A stretch of DNA of 63,171 nt, counting the filler, from Rhabdomonas costata (Eukaryota): NCBI GenBank assembly GCA_019059605.1. It is 42 parts of 42 records of this genome, joined end to end, with 100 filler letters (N's around TTAATTAATTAA, not from the genome) between each part and the next. Parts side by side here need not be neighbours in the genome. Positions count along the whole stretch, not along the records: positions 24,108 to 25,514 come from JAHMHO010016840.1; positions 25,615 to 27,022 come from JAHMHO010016841.1; positions 27,123 to 28,529 come from JAHMHO010016842.1; positions 28,630 to 30,036 come from JAHMHO010016843.1; positions 30,137 to 31,544 come from JAHMHO010016844.1; positions 31,645 to 33,051 come from JAHMHO010016845.1; positions 33,152 to 34,558 come from JAHMHO010016846.1; positions 34,659 to 36,065 come from JAHMHO010016847.1; 34 more parts are not named here. One strand, 5' to 3'. The first letter of the stretch is position 1, and each line of letters opens with the position of its first letter. Of the stretch, positions 24,968-37,163 are shown piece by piece. Below the pieces are notes generated by a model. The model was not told the origin of the DNA. It saw only the letters and a list, made by a program, of their open reading frames with translations, and did no database searches. Both the position numbers and the translations under genes were made by a program.

Positions 24968-25614
24968 GTTCAGCTTCCGTCGCGCACCCCACCTCTGCTA
25001 CCTTCTCCGCCCATCTGAGCTTTTTTCCGGGGAGTTTCGTTCACCTTTCCGTGAAGGGCTTCCAAGCCGTGTTGTTCTCTTCGATATGCTTCTTAGCTCG
25101 AATGGCATCACCCTAATTCTCAGCCTCTCCGAAGAAATAAGCGACTTCGTCCACCCCATTGCTTTCCTCTCCCTTTTTCTGTTGCCGAAGGTTGTGTCTT
25201 GCCTTTTCCCCCTGTTCTTCTACGATCATATGGGGGGGGGGGGTCAGCGTGGCCTTTGGGATCAACGCAACTTTGGCTCTGGTGCATTTTTCGCCAACCC
25301 AAAGAGTGGAAAGTATATGGCAAAAAGGTATGCAGCCTTTTCCACTTTGGGTGGGATGCTCAGCGAACAAGAAGGGGAGTTATTGCGGTTGGCACGGTAT
25401 GAATGGTGGACCCACCCACCCACACACACACACGTCTCTGCTGGCAGTGCTTCAAGAGCGGTTCCTCGTTCCTGCATTTTTGCATTTTGCAAAACTAGAG
25501 ATGCTCACAAACACNNNNNNNNNNNNNNNNNNNNNNNNNNNNNNNNNNNNNNNNNNNNTTAATTAATTAANNNNNNNNNNNNNNNNNNNNNNNNNNNNNN
25601 NNNNNNNNNNNNNN

Positions 25615-27022
25615 TCCTCGGCAAACCATGATGTCTGACCACTTCCCACCCGAACAACTCTGCAATGTCGTGGGCATTCATTTCGTTATGGCACGGTATC
25701 AACACAACCATCTTTGTAGCCCGATCTGTAACGGTCAACACATCATTCACCACCTGCCCTTTGCCTGAAAACTTCAGAGGACCTGGCGGCATAGAAACGA
25801 AATCCATTGAAATGGATTCTCATTTCCTCACGGGCACCTCCAACACCTGTGTATGGCCTCTTGGCAAATGGTGGTCCGCTTCGCATCTCTGAAACACATC
25901 ACAGGTAAGCACATAAGCTCGCACCTTTCTCTTGATGTTCTTGAACGTGTGCGCTTGAGCAGGGCGGCCGTCCTGGACACTCCCCAATGCCCTGCTGCGG
26001 GAGAATCGTGGTACCGCGAAATCACCTCTAACTCCCTCTGGAAAGGTACCACAATCTTCCCTGACCCCCAAAGTCTACCATGGTGCCACTTTGTGGGGTA
26101 CAACAACTCTGCAGTGGTCAAGTTGAAATACCTCTTCCGCACTACTGGGTCAAGCCAGTAGTCGGCCCACCAATCCTCTGGATCACCTGCTGCTGCCACC
26201 CTTAAAGGTGCATAGAGCGGTCCATCGAACCTCAACGTCGCAAAACTCAGCAAACACTCCATCTCTACAAAAAACAAACTCGCCTCGTCCACTGAGTGCC
26301 TAGATAAGGCATCCACAGCGACATTTTGCCTTCCGGGAATGTGGGCGATCTCTGTAATATCTCCAACCACCGCACTTGCCTTGGCGAAGGCCGGGGGTTC
26401 TTCTGCAAATAGCTTAACGCCGAGTTGTCCGTGTGAACTCTAACATCTAAACCCAGCAAGTAATGCCTCCATTCTTCCAACATGTCTACCAACGCTAGCA
26501 TCTCCTTCTCGTGCACTGGGTAGTTTTTCTCTGCAGTTGAAAGCTTTCTGTAACGACACGCCACAAAATGCATCTTGCCATCTTCCCATTGTTGTGAAAG
26601 CGTGGCTCCAATCCCCACCTCTGAAGCATCCGTGTAAAGCACCATTGGCTTTTTAAAATCTGGCACAAACAAAAATAGAGATTTCGACAGTCTGGCTTTC
26701 AACCTCTGAAACGCCGTCTCCTGCGCTTCACTCCAAACCCACTCCTTCTTCTTCTTCTTCATTATGTCCGTCAGTGGGGCTGCCACTGTGGCGTAATCTT
26801 CCACGAATCTCTGGTAAACCCACACAACCCAAGAAAACTCTTCAACTCTGTAGGGTTCCGCAACTGCGGCCATTTATACACGGCCATCAGTTTCCTCGGC
26901 TGGGGTCTGATCCCATTTCTCCCCACAATAAATCCACAATACTCGACTTCTGGCTGTGCAAACATACACTTCTCTGGATTTTCAAAAAGCTTCTCTTTAT
27001 CCAACCTCTGGTACAACACCCC
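25615..27022 (-). mobile_element. Ty3/gypsy LTR retrotransposon pol fragment (RT C-terminus, RNase H, integrase), frameshifted
   Basis: KCMFAQPEVEYCGFIV, LKSFLGL, YTDASEVGIGATLSQ, NYPVHEKEMLA, WRHYLLG..VHTDNSAL, YHDSPAAGHWG and ISMDFV occur in RT-RH-IN order across several frames. Confidence 0.95.
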
Positions 27023-27376
27023 NNNNNNNNNNNNNNNNNNNNNNNNNNNNNNNNNNNNNNNNNNNNTTAATTAATTAANNNNNNNNNNNNNNNNNNNNNN
27101 NNNNNNNNNNNNNNNNNNNNNNTTTTGTTTGTTCCCGCCCTTTCTCTCCCCACTGAGTGCCTGCATTGATACTGGATTGGCATCCCAAAGGACCGGGAGA
27201 ACTGTTTTCCTTTTTCCGGTGATCCAGTCCGCTTTTCTTCCAGAAGGGTTTAACAAATGGCTTCTGTTTTTCGTTTGTACTCTGCGTTATGATAGGTATT
27301 ATCGGCGCACATGGGCCTGCATTTTGCGCACTACCTCCGGTGCTGTGCTACCGTCCGCCTCTGAAACATTGTAAAG

Positions 27377-28441
27377 TCCCTGGACCCCCCCCCCCGGCTA
27401 TAGGGCCTTGCTCTGCAGTGCAGTGCCCGTCGGGGTCATCTCTGGTGCCCATTCTGGACTGCGCCGGCGCTGGCCGCCCAAGCTGCATGCCCGGCAGAGA
27501 CACCTGCTGCTACGGCATGTGTTTCATGTGTTTTAATACGTTCATTTGTTCCTTCCTTCGTTCGTTCGCTCGTGGATTCAAGATCTTCGCTGGCCGAGCG
27601 ATCTTCAGATTCTCACATAGATTGGAGCAGAACCCTCGATCAGGGTTGGCAAAAAGACTCAGAGGGGCAAGAGGGCGGAAAGTTGACTGCCCTAAAAGAG
27701 TTTTTTCGAGGCTCGTAGAATGTTCCAAAGCCTCCTGTACACCACCTGAGTGCTGAACACGTGGAAAGATGAATTGGATACTTCCCCTTCGTCGGTATAT
27801 GCCTCGTGCGTTTGTGTGTGTGTGTGTGTGACTGTGTGTTATCACGAATCCGATCTTCACGCAACTTATTCCCCAATTTGTGGCACCTGCTGACCCGGCT
27901 GACCATGTTTCGCAAGGGAAGACATGGTTGTGATGGGGCAGAGTTGCCGTTACCCTTACTCCTAATCGAGACCAGTGTGACCGTTATATGGATCCGAACC
28001 GATATCGGTGCCCGAAATTTTTCGTACTGGTCTTCACACTTTACACCCAGAACTTTATGCATGTCTGTGTGTTGTTCCCAAGACCCCAGGTGGAGACCAA
28101 CCCTGTGTGGCAGTGGAGAGTTGCCTGAGGCAGGGAGGCGTAGAGGAGAACGAAAATCTGGGGATTTGTTGGACGTTCTTTCGTTTGTTCTCACTGCTCA
28201 TATGAGGCAACTCCCGTTTCCACCGTGAGAGTGCTGGTGAGTCAGCGGAGGGTTGGATGATCCATCCTTGGTTGATTGTATCCGTAGTTGGAGGCGTACC
28301 AAAGCTGTTGGCCCTTCCCTTCCTCCCTCCCTTCCTCCCTCCTTCCCTCTTCCTTCTGCTTCCTTTTTCACTCAGTTCCAACGATGCTTCTTGATCCGGC
28401 AAATCCTTCGTCAGCAAAAGTGATAGATGCGGACCTTTCAG
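27377..28441 (+). CDS. Cysteine-rich module protein, two phase-1 exons
   Basis: 27377-27514 reads CSAVQCPSGSSLVPILDCAGAGRPSCMPGRDTCCY. 28376-28441 follows a strong pyrimidine tract and ends at GTGAGT. Confidence 0.45.
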
Positions 28442-29294
28442 GTGAGTTATCCCTGCTTACCCGTCCCCCAGTTTCTTGACTTTGCTATTACATGCGTATA
28501 TTTGCAATCGTTGTTTCTTTTAAAGGATANNNNNNNNNNNNNNNNNNNNNNNNNNNNNNNNNNNNNNNNNNNNTTAATTAATTAANNNNNNNNNNNNNNN
28601 NNNNNNNNNNNNNNNNNNNNNNNNNNNNNGTGGGCTTTGCGGGCGCGATTTTTTTGGGAGCAAAACTCCGGTACACAGATCGAAGGCAAAAGGTTGGGGG
28701 TAACAGGCGACGTACTAAATCCCTGATTTTGTTCCACTCAGCCCTAGAACGTGTGCTCTCACTGCTGTTACAAAAGTCTCAGCTTACGGTGGAGCGTACT
28801 ATAGAAGCTTCAAGCTTGATATGCAAGGCACCACACCCGCGGCATAAGAAATTATGATTTTGACCGGTTACCGGCAACAAAGGATCAATCGTTTCTTCAC
28901 AAGTGCCCGGAATTCACCAATGCAATGCTCCCGTCTCAACCGCCCGTTCGTTACGACTCGTGGGTTGGTATTGTTGGCGCTGCCCTTCGCCCCGAAATTA
29001 TGGCCGCACCACTCTTTCGGCAGAGTCGGAAAAAATCACAAACATCAAACGACACGCCCCCCCCTCCCCAAAAAAAGTACATGCCCAGAATCCTTCAGAC
29101 CAGAGTTGCAAAAAAGACCAGAATTGCATTTCTTGCCATGCCGGGGTTAAAATAGAGCGCCCACAATGGTGAGAGGAGGGGTTTGCGACCCAAAAGAATG
29201 CCAAACCCACCATATGGACGCTTCCATCATTTTCCAGGCGAATACAACCCATCGCAAACCAGCAAAATCCCGCAGAGACTCGCGATGAAAGTAC

Positions 29295-30036
29295 CTGTCA
29301 GTCTTGCAATATCAACCATAGCATAGGTGAGGTAGCCCTTGGCATGACATTGGCTGCACACGGAATAAATGCTCTCGTCCCCTTCGCGACCACAAAACCA
29401 CTGCTCGGAGGTGCTGCGGCAAACACAACAGGATTTGCAGCATTGCGGGCGGTAAGATCGGGAGTGGCGGATTCCTCGGAAGGGAGCACCTGAGCAAGAC
29501 CGCAAAGAACCAGCGAAATCGGAAAATCTTAGCTCAGATGCGTGAATGAGAGTAAAGATGCCGACTGCTGGTGGTGGTAGGACAGAAATCACCCGAACAA
29601 GCAATCAGGCATGTCAGTGAGGGTATCAGGTAGCGTCAGCAGTGAAATCACCGGGGCGAGCCGTAGCAGTGGGATGTTCTCCTTTCCACTATGGGTCACC
29701 GATGGTGAAAGTCAAAACGTGTGCAACATATGCACCAACCTTGCACGCACTGGAGGAGCCCTTCGCCGCCAGCTCGCGCCTCTTCTTCCGAGGGAATCGC
29801 TGCCGCCATCACTGGAATCAATTCCGCATGTCCCATCTTGCAGCACGCCAACCAGGGGCTGGGCCGCTGAGCATCACCAGACAGCACGTCCGCTTTGGCC
29901 TTCAGAAGAAAGTTGCATGTCTCCTTCATACCGAGTAGCGCACTGAACCACAGCGAGCTGCGCCCATATCCATCAACGGCATGTACGTCGGCCTTGGTCT
30001 CCAACAGCACCTCAACAACATCCGCATTGCGGTGAA
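29295..30036 (-). CDS. Ankyrin-repeat protein followed by a Cys-rich, zinc-finger-like exon
   Basis: 30036-29740 reads VVEVLLETKADVHAVDGYGRSSLWFSALLG. 29489-29295 reads CCKSCCVC..WFC..VCSQCH. The phases are compatible. Confidence 0.75.
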
Positions 30037-30722
30037 NNNNNNNNNNNNNNNNNNNNNNNNNNNNNNNNNNNNNNNNNNNNTTAATTAATTAANNNNNNNN
30101 NNNNNNNNNNNNNNNNNNNNNNNNNNNNNNNNNNNNGAGGCTTTGTGCCCGCAGTCTGTTTCTTTTGCCGTGGCGGGACGTCTGGCAACAGAATGAAACT
30201 TGAGCCCTCCCGGTGCCACAGGGCATCTGCCTCATCCTCGGCAGCGCGGTTGGCCGCGCAGTCCTCCGCTGTTCCTCCCTAAAAGCACCACCCACACAGA
30301 TGTGTTGTCAGAAAACGGGCTGATAAGTTGGCTCTTGTGAAGTAAAGTGTGTGTGTGTGTGTGTTGGGGGAAGGGTTCCGGTACCAATTGTGGGTTGTTC
30401 ACGGGTTTGCCTGTTTTATTAAGCGGTGAATGATCCTCCAGTGGTTGATGTGGAAATGCTTCGTTTCTGCGATTCAACCAGATGGATCCAGGGGATTATC
30501 CCCTGGGACCCCAACATAAGATTTTGCTGGGGTTAGGTGTCGGTGCACGTGTCTCCTGGGATTCTAATTGTGGTTTGTTCAGTGGTGTAGAGGGCGAAAT
30601 ATGGTTCTACTTGATGGTTCCGGGATGTCTTGGGCCACGGAACCAGATCCTACGTATCTGATGCTCCCATACTTATTACTAGTTTTTTGGCTCTGAACGG
30701 GTATTACGGGTACTGGCTACCC

Positions 30723-30757
<35 letters not shown>

Positions 30758-31240
30758 CTTCACAATACACGATACCCCAATAAATTTATTCGCATTGTTC
30801 CAATTCCTCAGAGCTTGTAGGTGACATGCTGGTCTGTAAGTGATCTGTCTAAAAACACAACTACCTGGGCAGGTACTTCCCCTCCACACCGAGCCTGACC
30901 CTGGAGGCCCGCACCCGCGTGCGGCAATTCCCTTCAACGCACGCAGTACCTCACAAGCCATTTCCTTACGACTCTGTCAGATGCTTCCTCCCTGCTGGAT
31001 CGTGTGCTTCCTCGCTGGGACTTTCCAAACGCACCGTCAAAACCCGTCAAGTACTTTACCAACACCACAAAGCATAAAAATCGATTGAAGTTCAGACTAA
31101 TATGGTGAGCAGTACAATGCCCCAAGTTTACGCTTAACTTGGACTAAACATTGTGAACCTGACCTCCCCAGGTGGATCACAGGCTTCTCCTGACTTTGGT
31201 TCTGGGAAGCATATGGATGGAAGGAGGTGCTAAAAAGCGT

Positions 31241-31429
31241 TTACATGAGTCGTACGTTGCGTTTGTACAGTTCTCGGAGCCCTTCCACGGCGCTGGTCAC
31301 CGCGTCGTTCGGGGGCAACCCGCGGACCCCAGGCGCGGAGAGCTCAGTGACGTGATTGCACAGCGGGCACGAGATGCGAGCGCCGACCCTGGGCAAACCA
31401 TCCACAAATCCATGCGCAAGTGTAAGCAA
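31241..31429 (-). CDS. C-terminal half of a TRIM-type RING finger
   Basis: ISCPLCNHVTELSAPGVRGLPPNDAVTSAVE matches CP.C...T.L...GV..LP.N. Confidence 0.75.
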   Translation of the reverse strand: MLTLAHGFVDGLPRVGARISCPLCNHVTELSAPGVRGLPPNDAVTSAVEGLRELYKRNVRLM

Positions 31430-32077
31430 CTACGGCAGCGAAACGCACAGAGTGGAGCAATCACCAAGAACTTCGGTTCCAGAATACAAAAAGCATTGCT
31501 GAAGCATAAGCGAGAGAAAGTGAAAATAAGCGAACCCCCAAAACNNNNNNNNNNNNNNNNNNNNNNNNNNNNNNNNNNNNNNNNNNNNTTAATTAATTAA
31601 NNNNNNNNNNNNNNNNNNNNNNNNNNNNNNNNNNNNNNNNNNNNGTGGGGTTTGTGACTTTTGGTGATGCAGGTGAAGGTGCAGCGCCGAGTGAGGGGAA
31701 AATCGCCGCGCTCAACAGGGACAAAAAACGACAGCAATCTTAATGTAAGAAGTTAGCCGAGACCCTTCCCTTCACACGTTCAACCAGCAAGCGAGTTACG
31801 AACTGGATGACTCCACCATTAGCAGAACCATACAATGGCATGTTCGTCCACCAGATCGGTTGGAACCGTCGACAGAGAAGGATGGGGTAGACGGACACAT
31901 CCGTCGGTGAGGAAAAACAGGCTCAGTCCCATTCAAACAACGCCAACAGAAGCAATTTCCAATAGCCACCTGTCCCCTGGCCTGAAAGATGGGAACATAG
32001 GTTCCCCACAATCACAAAACGAAAAACTCAAACCGAACCACTGAACAAGCAAAACAACAATCAAAAGGCATCGGTAC

Positions 32078-32940
32078 CTGCCCAGATGCGTTCATCCACC
32101 TTCAGATCCGGAATGCTGACCGATCCCAACAACTCCGAGGGAACCGCCGCAAAGCTCTCCCCATTCCGTCCAGTGTCCGGCCTGCGCTCGTAGTGCGGGT
32201 ACCCCGGAGAGCGGAAAACGTCATGGTTAATGAAAACCCCGCCAGCCCGAAGCACCCGCCGCAGCTCCGTGGCCAGGAAGTAGTTCTCCTCCGGAGTGCG
32301 GTGGTGGGTGTTCAGCCCGCAGAACACAATGTCGTACTGTTCACTGTTCATTTAGAAAACACGATGCAACTTGTGACTGGCTAAAACAAACCAGATACCA
32401 CAATGTCCATGCAGAAAACAAGACGAACCTAACACCAACTAAAACAAACCAGATACCACATTGCATTCATGAAGCACCTTTGTGGACGCACCTTCAAGCT
32501 ACCTGCCCGCAAACACCAAAGACTGCTATCTCTAGACAGAAAAGCAAAAAGGGCTATAAAGCATCCAGAAAGCAAACTACACTGCCACTCAAACACAAAT
32601 ATACCCCTTGGGAAGCACCGGCCCCAGCACCCATGCGCTGCCCTGAAGCACCTCCGCACGAACCACGTTGGCTGGGAAGCGGAACCCCCGGGCCTTCTGC
32701 ACCTGGTCCGCGCATAGGTCCACCCCGGTGTACTCGAACTGCGCAGGGGACAGCCGCGCCAGCGCAGCGGCCACAGACAGCGGCTCCCCCCCGCACGCCA
32801 AGTCCAGCACCTTCAGCGGAGCGGCCTGCCGCAATGCCCGATAACACCGGCGCACAGCTGTAGCTTTGCCTTATGTTCATAGTGAGGCACCGTTCGATAC
32901 AGTTTTCCGCGAGACGCAGTTGTCGGGAAAAGAAAGCCTC
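32078..32940 (-). CDS. Class I SAM-dependent methyltransferase
   Basis: Exons ~32940-32891, 32857-32605 and 32343-32078 carry VLDLACGG (motif I), YTGVD, YDIVFCGLNTHH and RVLRAGGVF. Confidence 0.85.
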
Positions 32941-34344
32941 TACTTCATGGAGATTAAGAAGAAAACACTGCCATCCTTGCTTGCTCGGTTCGAAAGGATA
33001 CCGTGCAAATGAGAAGTGGTTGAATGGAAACATCCATTGGAGAGCTTGGCGNNNNNNNNNNNNNNNNNNNNNNNNNNNNNNNNNNNNNNNNNNNNTTAAT
33101 TAATTAANNNNNNNNNNNNNNNNNNNNNNNNNNNNNNNNNNNNNNNNNNNNGGTTGGTTGTTAAAGATGTTAAAGATGATGGAGTTAAAAGGGGTTGGCA
33201 AGTTTTGGAAACCGCCAATCGCAGGGCGAGGGATGACGTCAGAAGAGCTCCTCTCTCACTTCTGGCTACCAGCCTTCCGAACTTTCCGAACTCCAATTGT
33301 TTGTCACGGCCCGGTCCCCGGTCTGGTCAAGAAGAACTAAAGTTTTGAAGTTTGCCTCAATTGGTTTCTTATGTTTAGCATATTAGAAAAATGGCAAAGT
33401 GCGGCAGCATATGTGTCAGCACGGCGCAACGGCAATTCGGCAAACCGAGGAAACGAGGAAAGCACCAGGAGATAGAAAAGCAACGGACACTATGTGTATG
33501 GAACTGGACGATATTGAAAGAGACAATATGTAGACCCACAGCGCAGGGAAGCAAAGGAGATACGTATGCACAGAAGCAACATGCCGTGAACAATGATGCA
33601 GCTGGGGGGGGGCGGAACATAAGAAGAACATAAGAGGAACATATGTTTATTACAAACAATCCAAAACCAGGTCCAGTGTTCAAAGTCCGGCGCACACAAC
33701 AGCCGAGGAGAACCGGAGTGCGGGAAAACAGTACAGTTTGAAGGGAGCAAACAAAAACGAAAGCTTTCAAGCAGTCAATGAAGGAACACACTGGTGAAAC
33801 TAGAAAACATATGTTTTGCACTCGTGCACAAGCACACACTTCCGACTGTGGCACTGCGTTGTGTTGGGATCCGTGGTATTCTAATTATCTCTCTGTTGCA
33901 TTCCTGTAAAAGATGCCCTCCCATTGTGAGCACCGGGGGTCCCATTTGCTTGGGCCTCGCTTACGGGCAGCGGCAGTGGCCGGAAGTGCACTCATTGTGA
34001 GTGCCGTCGCCCTCCGATGTGTTGGCAAAGAAATAGTCCCCACGGGGCATGGACACCCCAGACGAGGGTAAAAAGGACCCGGCCCGTGGCGTTTGGTTAG
34101 ACCGCAGTCCTGCATCATTTTCGCCCTCTAGCCTACCGCTGAAGTAGTTAACATGTTGTACAATTCAACAGTGATGTTTCGGGCCAAGAGCCAGGGCCGG
34201 TCGGAGCGGGTTTGTTTTATGTGAATACGTTGTGAGTGCTATCGTAAACCCTCCGTTGCGTGGGGCAAGGAGTGGCACAAAAGGGATACCAGAGAGCCGC
34301 CCAATGGCACCACAACCGGCCGAGAGTGAGAGTTCAGAGAATTC

Positions 34345-34440
34345 CGGCCCCAAGGACCGGCCACGCATGCTTCGGGAGGCCTGCTGTATATACAAAAGAC
34401 GCCAGGCCTGCCTTGGCTTAGCCCTGCTCACAAAGGTGTT
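34345..34440 (-). repeat. Interspersed repeat copy A (hammerhead-associated family, degenerate core)
   Basis: The reverse complement shares CAGGCCTGG.GTCTTTTGTATATACAGCAGGCCTCCCGAA and GTGGCCGGTCCTTGGGG with 52510-52605. Confidence 0.9.
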
Positions 34441-35179
34441 CGAATGAGAAAAAACAGTTCAACGGAGTGTGCCAGGAAAGATAGTGCGGTCGCAACGACG
34501 TGATTTCGCCGAGATGGTTTGGGCATGGAAGATCGGCGCCCCTCTCCCCACCCACCACNNNNNNNNNNNNNNNNNNNNNNNNNNNNNNNNNNNNNNNNNN
34601 NNTTAATTAATTAANNNNNNNNNNNNNNNNNNNNNNNNNNNNNNNNNNNNNNNNNNNNTGTTGGGGTTGGCCCTTTAAATTTTGGTGACATGTAATTCAA
34701 AGTGCCAAAGCTTCGCTGGTGCTTGCTTTAATTGACACAAACCAGGATTTTTACTTTAAACTAGTAATAATTTTTATATAAATCATCAGGTGTGCGGGTG
34801 CTTGTTCTGAATATTTGGTGTCTACGCCGCAGTTAAGTTAACATGGACTGAAATTAGCACTAGCAACTGTGAAGTGGTTGATTGGCATTTGGTGGTATGT
34901 GGTGGTATGTTGTTGTAGGTGTAATATACGGATTATCTCCTTTAATGTTTGTTTGAACAACAACTAATAACAACAACTAATAACAAATATTATTGACCAT
35001 TCAATTTCGGGTTGTGGGGGCTAAGAGTGCTAGTTTGATGTCGAGAGTCCCGCAAATAATTCTCCAGAACTCACGGTACAATGGTGTTACGGTATGATAC
35101 TATACTTTGCGGCAACGCGTTGTTGCTAACCATTGCGTTTAAAATTCATCATTCAAATTCAAATTCATCATTTTGGAGG

Positions 35180-36065
35180 TATTGTGCTTGCTGGAATCTT
35201 GTGCGCCATTTGGTTCCTATGTTGCGAGTATCTGCTTTCAGACAATTTGACTTGATGTACCCTGCACTTTTCACTTATCCAGAACATTCCAGTAAATAGA
35301 GACCGACTGCCATTTTTGTTTGTAAATTTTCATATTATCAGAGTTCTCGCTGAAAGTAATGTTCCGGGTTTTGTACATGACAAAAGGACACAGTGCGGTA
35401 AACTCCCAGATGCCGGTGCCGCCAACATGGTTGTAATTACTTCTCTTAATGACATTTGGAACCTTCGACCTATAATCTTTCAGAGGGCGTCCAAGATGAT
35501 AGTTGTATTGGTTCAGTATTTGAGTTTTTGTGTGTCTGGATAAAAGCAGTTAGAATTTCAGTGAGCGCCATCAAGTTATTTATCCTGCCAGTCACCTGGA
35601 TGAAAGACAATTGGACGTGAACACGACCGAAGAAAGTGATAGGTTTTTATGTTTTTGAAACTTTGTAGAATAGCATTTCAATCAGAGAAGCTTTTTCCAT
35701 TGTTCCCAGCTATATACTATCTGCAGATGAGTTTACACGCAATGGAATGTGGTAATTTTGAGTTTTTAGGCTTGAATGTTTCAATCCAGATTGGTTGGTT
35801 TTCTTATATGTATCTAAGAAAAGAGTTGCCGGCAGAGACTTGTATGTTTGTACCTAAAAGGTAGTGTCTCTAAGCTCCAGAGATTCCACATTTGCAAGCT
35901 TTTCCTTTTAATAAACCGGATATTTTTTCTTCTTGTGACAGTTTCTGGAGCTAAAGGACACCAGTATAATGTCACCTGTATCGTAATCCTGCGATAATGT
36001 TTCATCACTCCAACTTTTGAGACGAAACAAAATGTCTCAGTAGACGAGTCTTAAGTTCTTCAAAT
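35180..36065 (-). mobile_element. Heavily decayed Ty3/gypsy pol relic of the same lineage as 25615-27022
   Basis: Manual translation across frames gives FEELKTRL, TLSQDYDTGDIILVSFSSR, KYPVY*KEKLA, *RHYLLGTNIQVSAGNSFLRYI*, HIPLRVNSSAD, PGDWQD and HLGVYRT, colinear with the younger copy. Confidence 0.8.
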
Positions 36066-36365
36066 NNNNNNNNNNNNNNNNNNNNNNNNNNNNNNNNNNN
36101 NNNNNNNNNTTAATTAATTAANNNNNNNNNNNNNNNNNNNNNNNNNNNNNNNNNNNNNNNNNNNNGGGGTTGTGTCAATTGCCGCAACTTGCCGTACTGG
36201 CCGCAAGCGACGGGAAGTATGACAGTGTCGCCCCTGCACAGATGATGGTGAGAAGAGTGCAGAGTGAAGGTGCTCTTCTTGGAGGAAGAAAGGCGTGCAA
36301 GGAGGTGTGTCACCCACCCATTCAGGTACAGCTCCACATCAACAAGAGAAGGGGGGGATGGATGA

Positions 36366-36448
36366 ATGGTGAGGCCAAAACAGGCCTGGGATCTTCAGTA
36401 TATGCAGGCGGACTCCTGAAACGCTGCATGGCCGGTCCTTGGGGTCAT
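36366..36448 (+). repeat. Interspersed repeat copy B (hammerhead-associated family, diverged)
   Basis: CAGGCCTGGGATCTTCAGTATATGCAG...CCTGAAACGCTGCATGGCCGGTCCTTGGGGTCA aligns by eye to 52540-52605. Confidence 0.85.
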
Positions 36449-36878
36449 GGATGAATGGATAGAATCATCCACTGAGCCGATCCACACTCAAACTAAATCA
36501 CGGAATAACTCTTTGGAGTCAGGATGCGGCACCGAAGAAAGGGGGCGGGCGGTTCTTTCACTTTTTCTTTCACTTGGTCTACGCCAATAAAACTGGCACA
36601 AGATCTGCAGGCGCGAGGCACCGAAATAAACCTCATTCAGAAAAGAGGATGGGAATCCTGCGCATCTACCCAACACACTAGCATAGGAGTACTTAATATG
36701 AATCTATAATCTTATCTCGAATTTGAGCCCTCCTCCATCCAAGCGAACCAGTGGCGTGCGACTTCACAAGGCAAAGGGCACACACATGCACGTCCTCAGC
36801 AAGAACGCCCACGTGGCTGGCCATCTGCAGGCCACGCTTTCAGCTCAACTTTTCAACTCAGCTACCACGCAACTTCGA

Positions 36879-37053
36879 TCAGGTCTGCATGTCTGCTGCA
36901 GTGTGTGGGGACTGCTGCGCCGCAGAGGCAGCTGCTGCGGCCTCGGCAGAGGAGGCCGCAAGCAGCTGGGAGATTACCGCGGCATTCACGCCATTGGTGG
37001 CAATGAGATTCACCATCCGGTCCAGAAAGGTGAAGCCCCAGGTCAGCACATCT
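36879..37053 (-). CDS. Probable terminal exon, unknown protein
   Basis: DVLTWGFTFLDRMVNLIATNGVNAAVISQLLAASSAEAAAAASAAQQSPHTAADMQT* follows a cag acceptor. Confidence 0.55.
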
Positions 37054-37112
37054 CTGCATTATGAATGTCGAGGGCACAACCCCGAATCATGGCTCACTGT
37101 TACTAACAGCTG

Positions 37113-37163
37113 ACAACCAACAACTAACAACTAACAACTAACAACAAACAACTAATACCTAAC
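37113..37163 (+). repeat. (AACAACT)n-like minisatellite
   Basis: Imperfect 7-mer tandem array. A related array lies at ~34956-34985 on another contig. Confidence 0.7.

Noticed and set aside
34040-34089. Three-way junction CAGACGA-GGGT/ACCC with CCACGGG/CCCGTGG as another hammerhead
   Set aside because: Both core boxes are mutated (CAGACGA, no GAAA) and there is no NUH or stem I in register.
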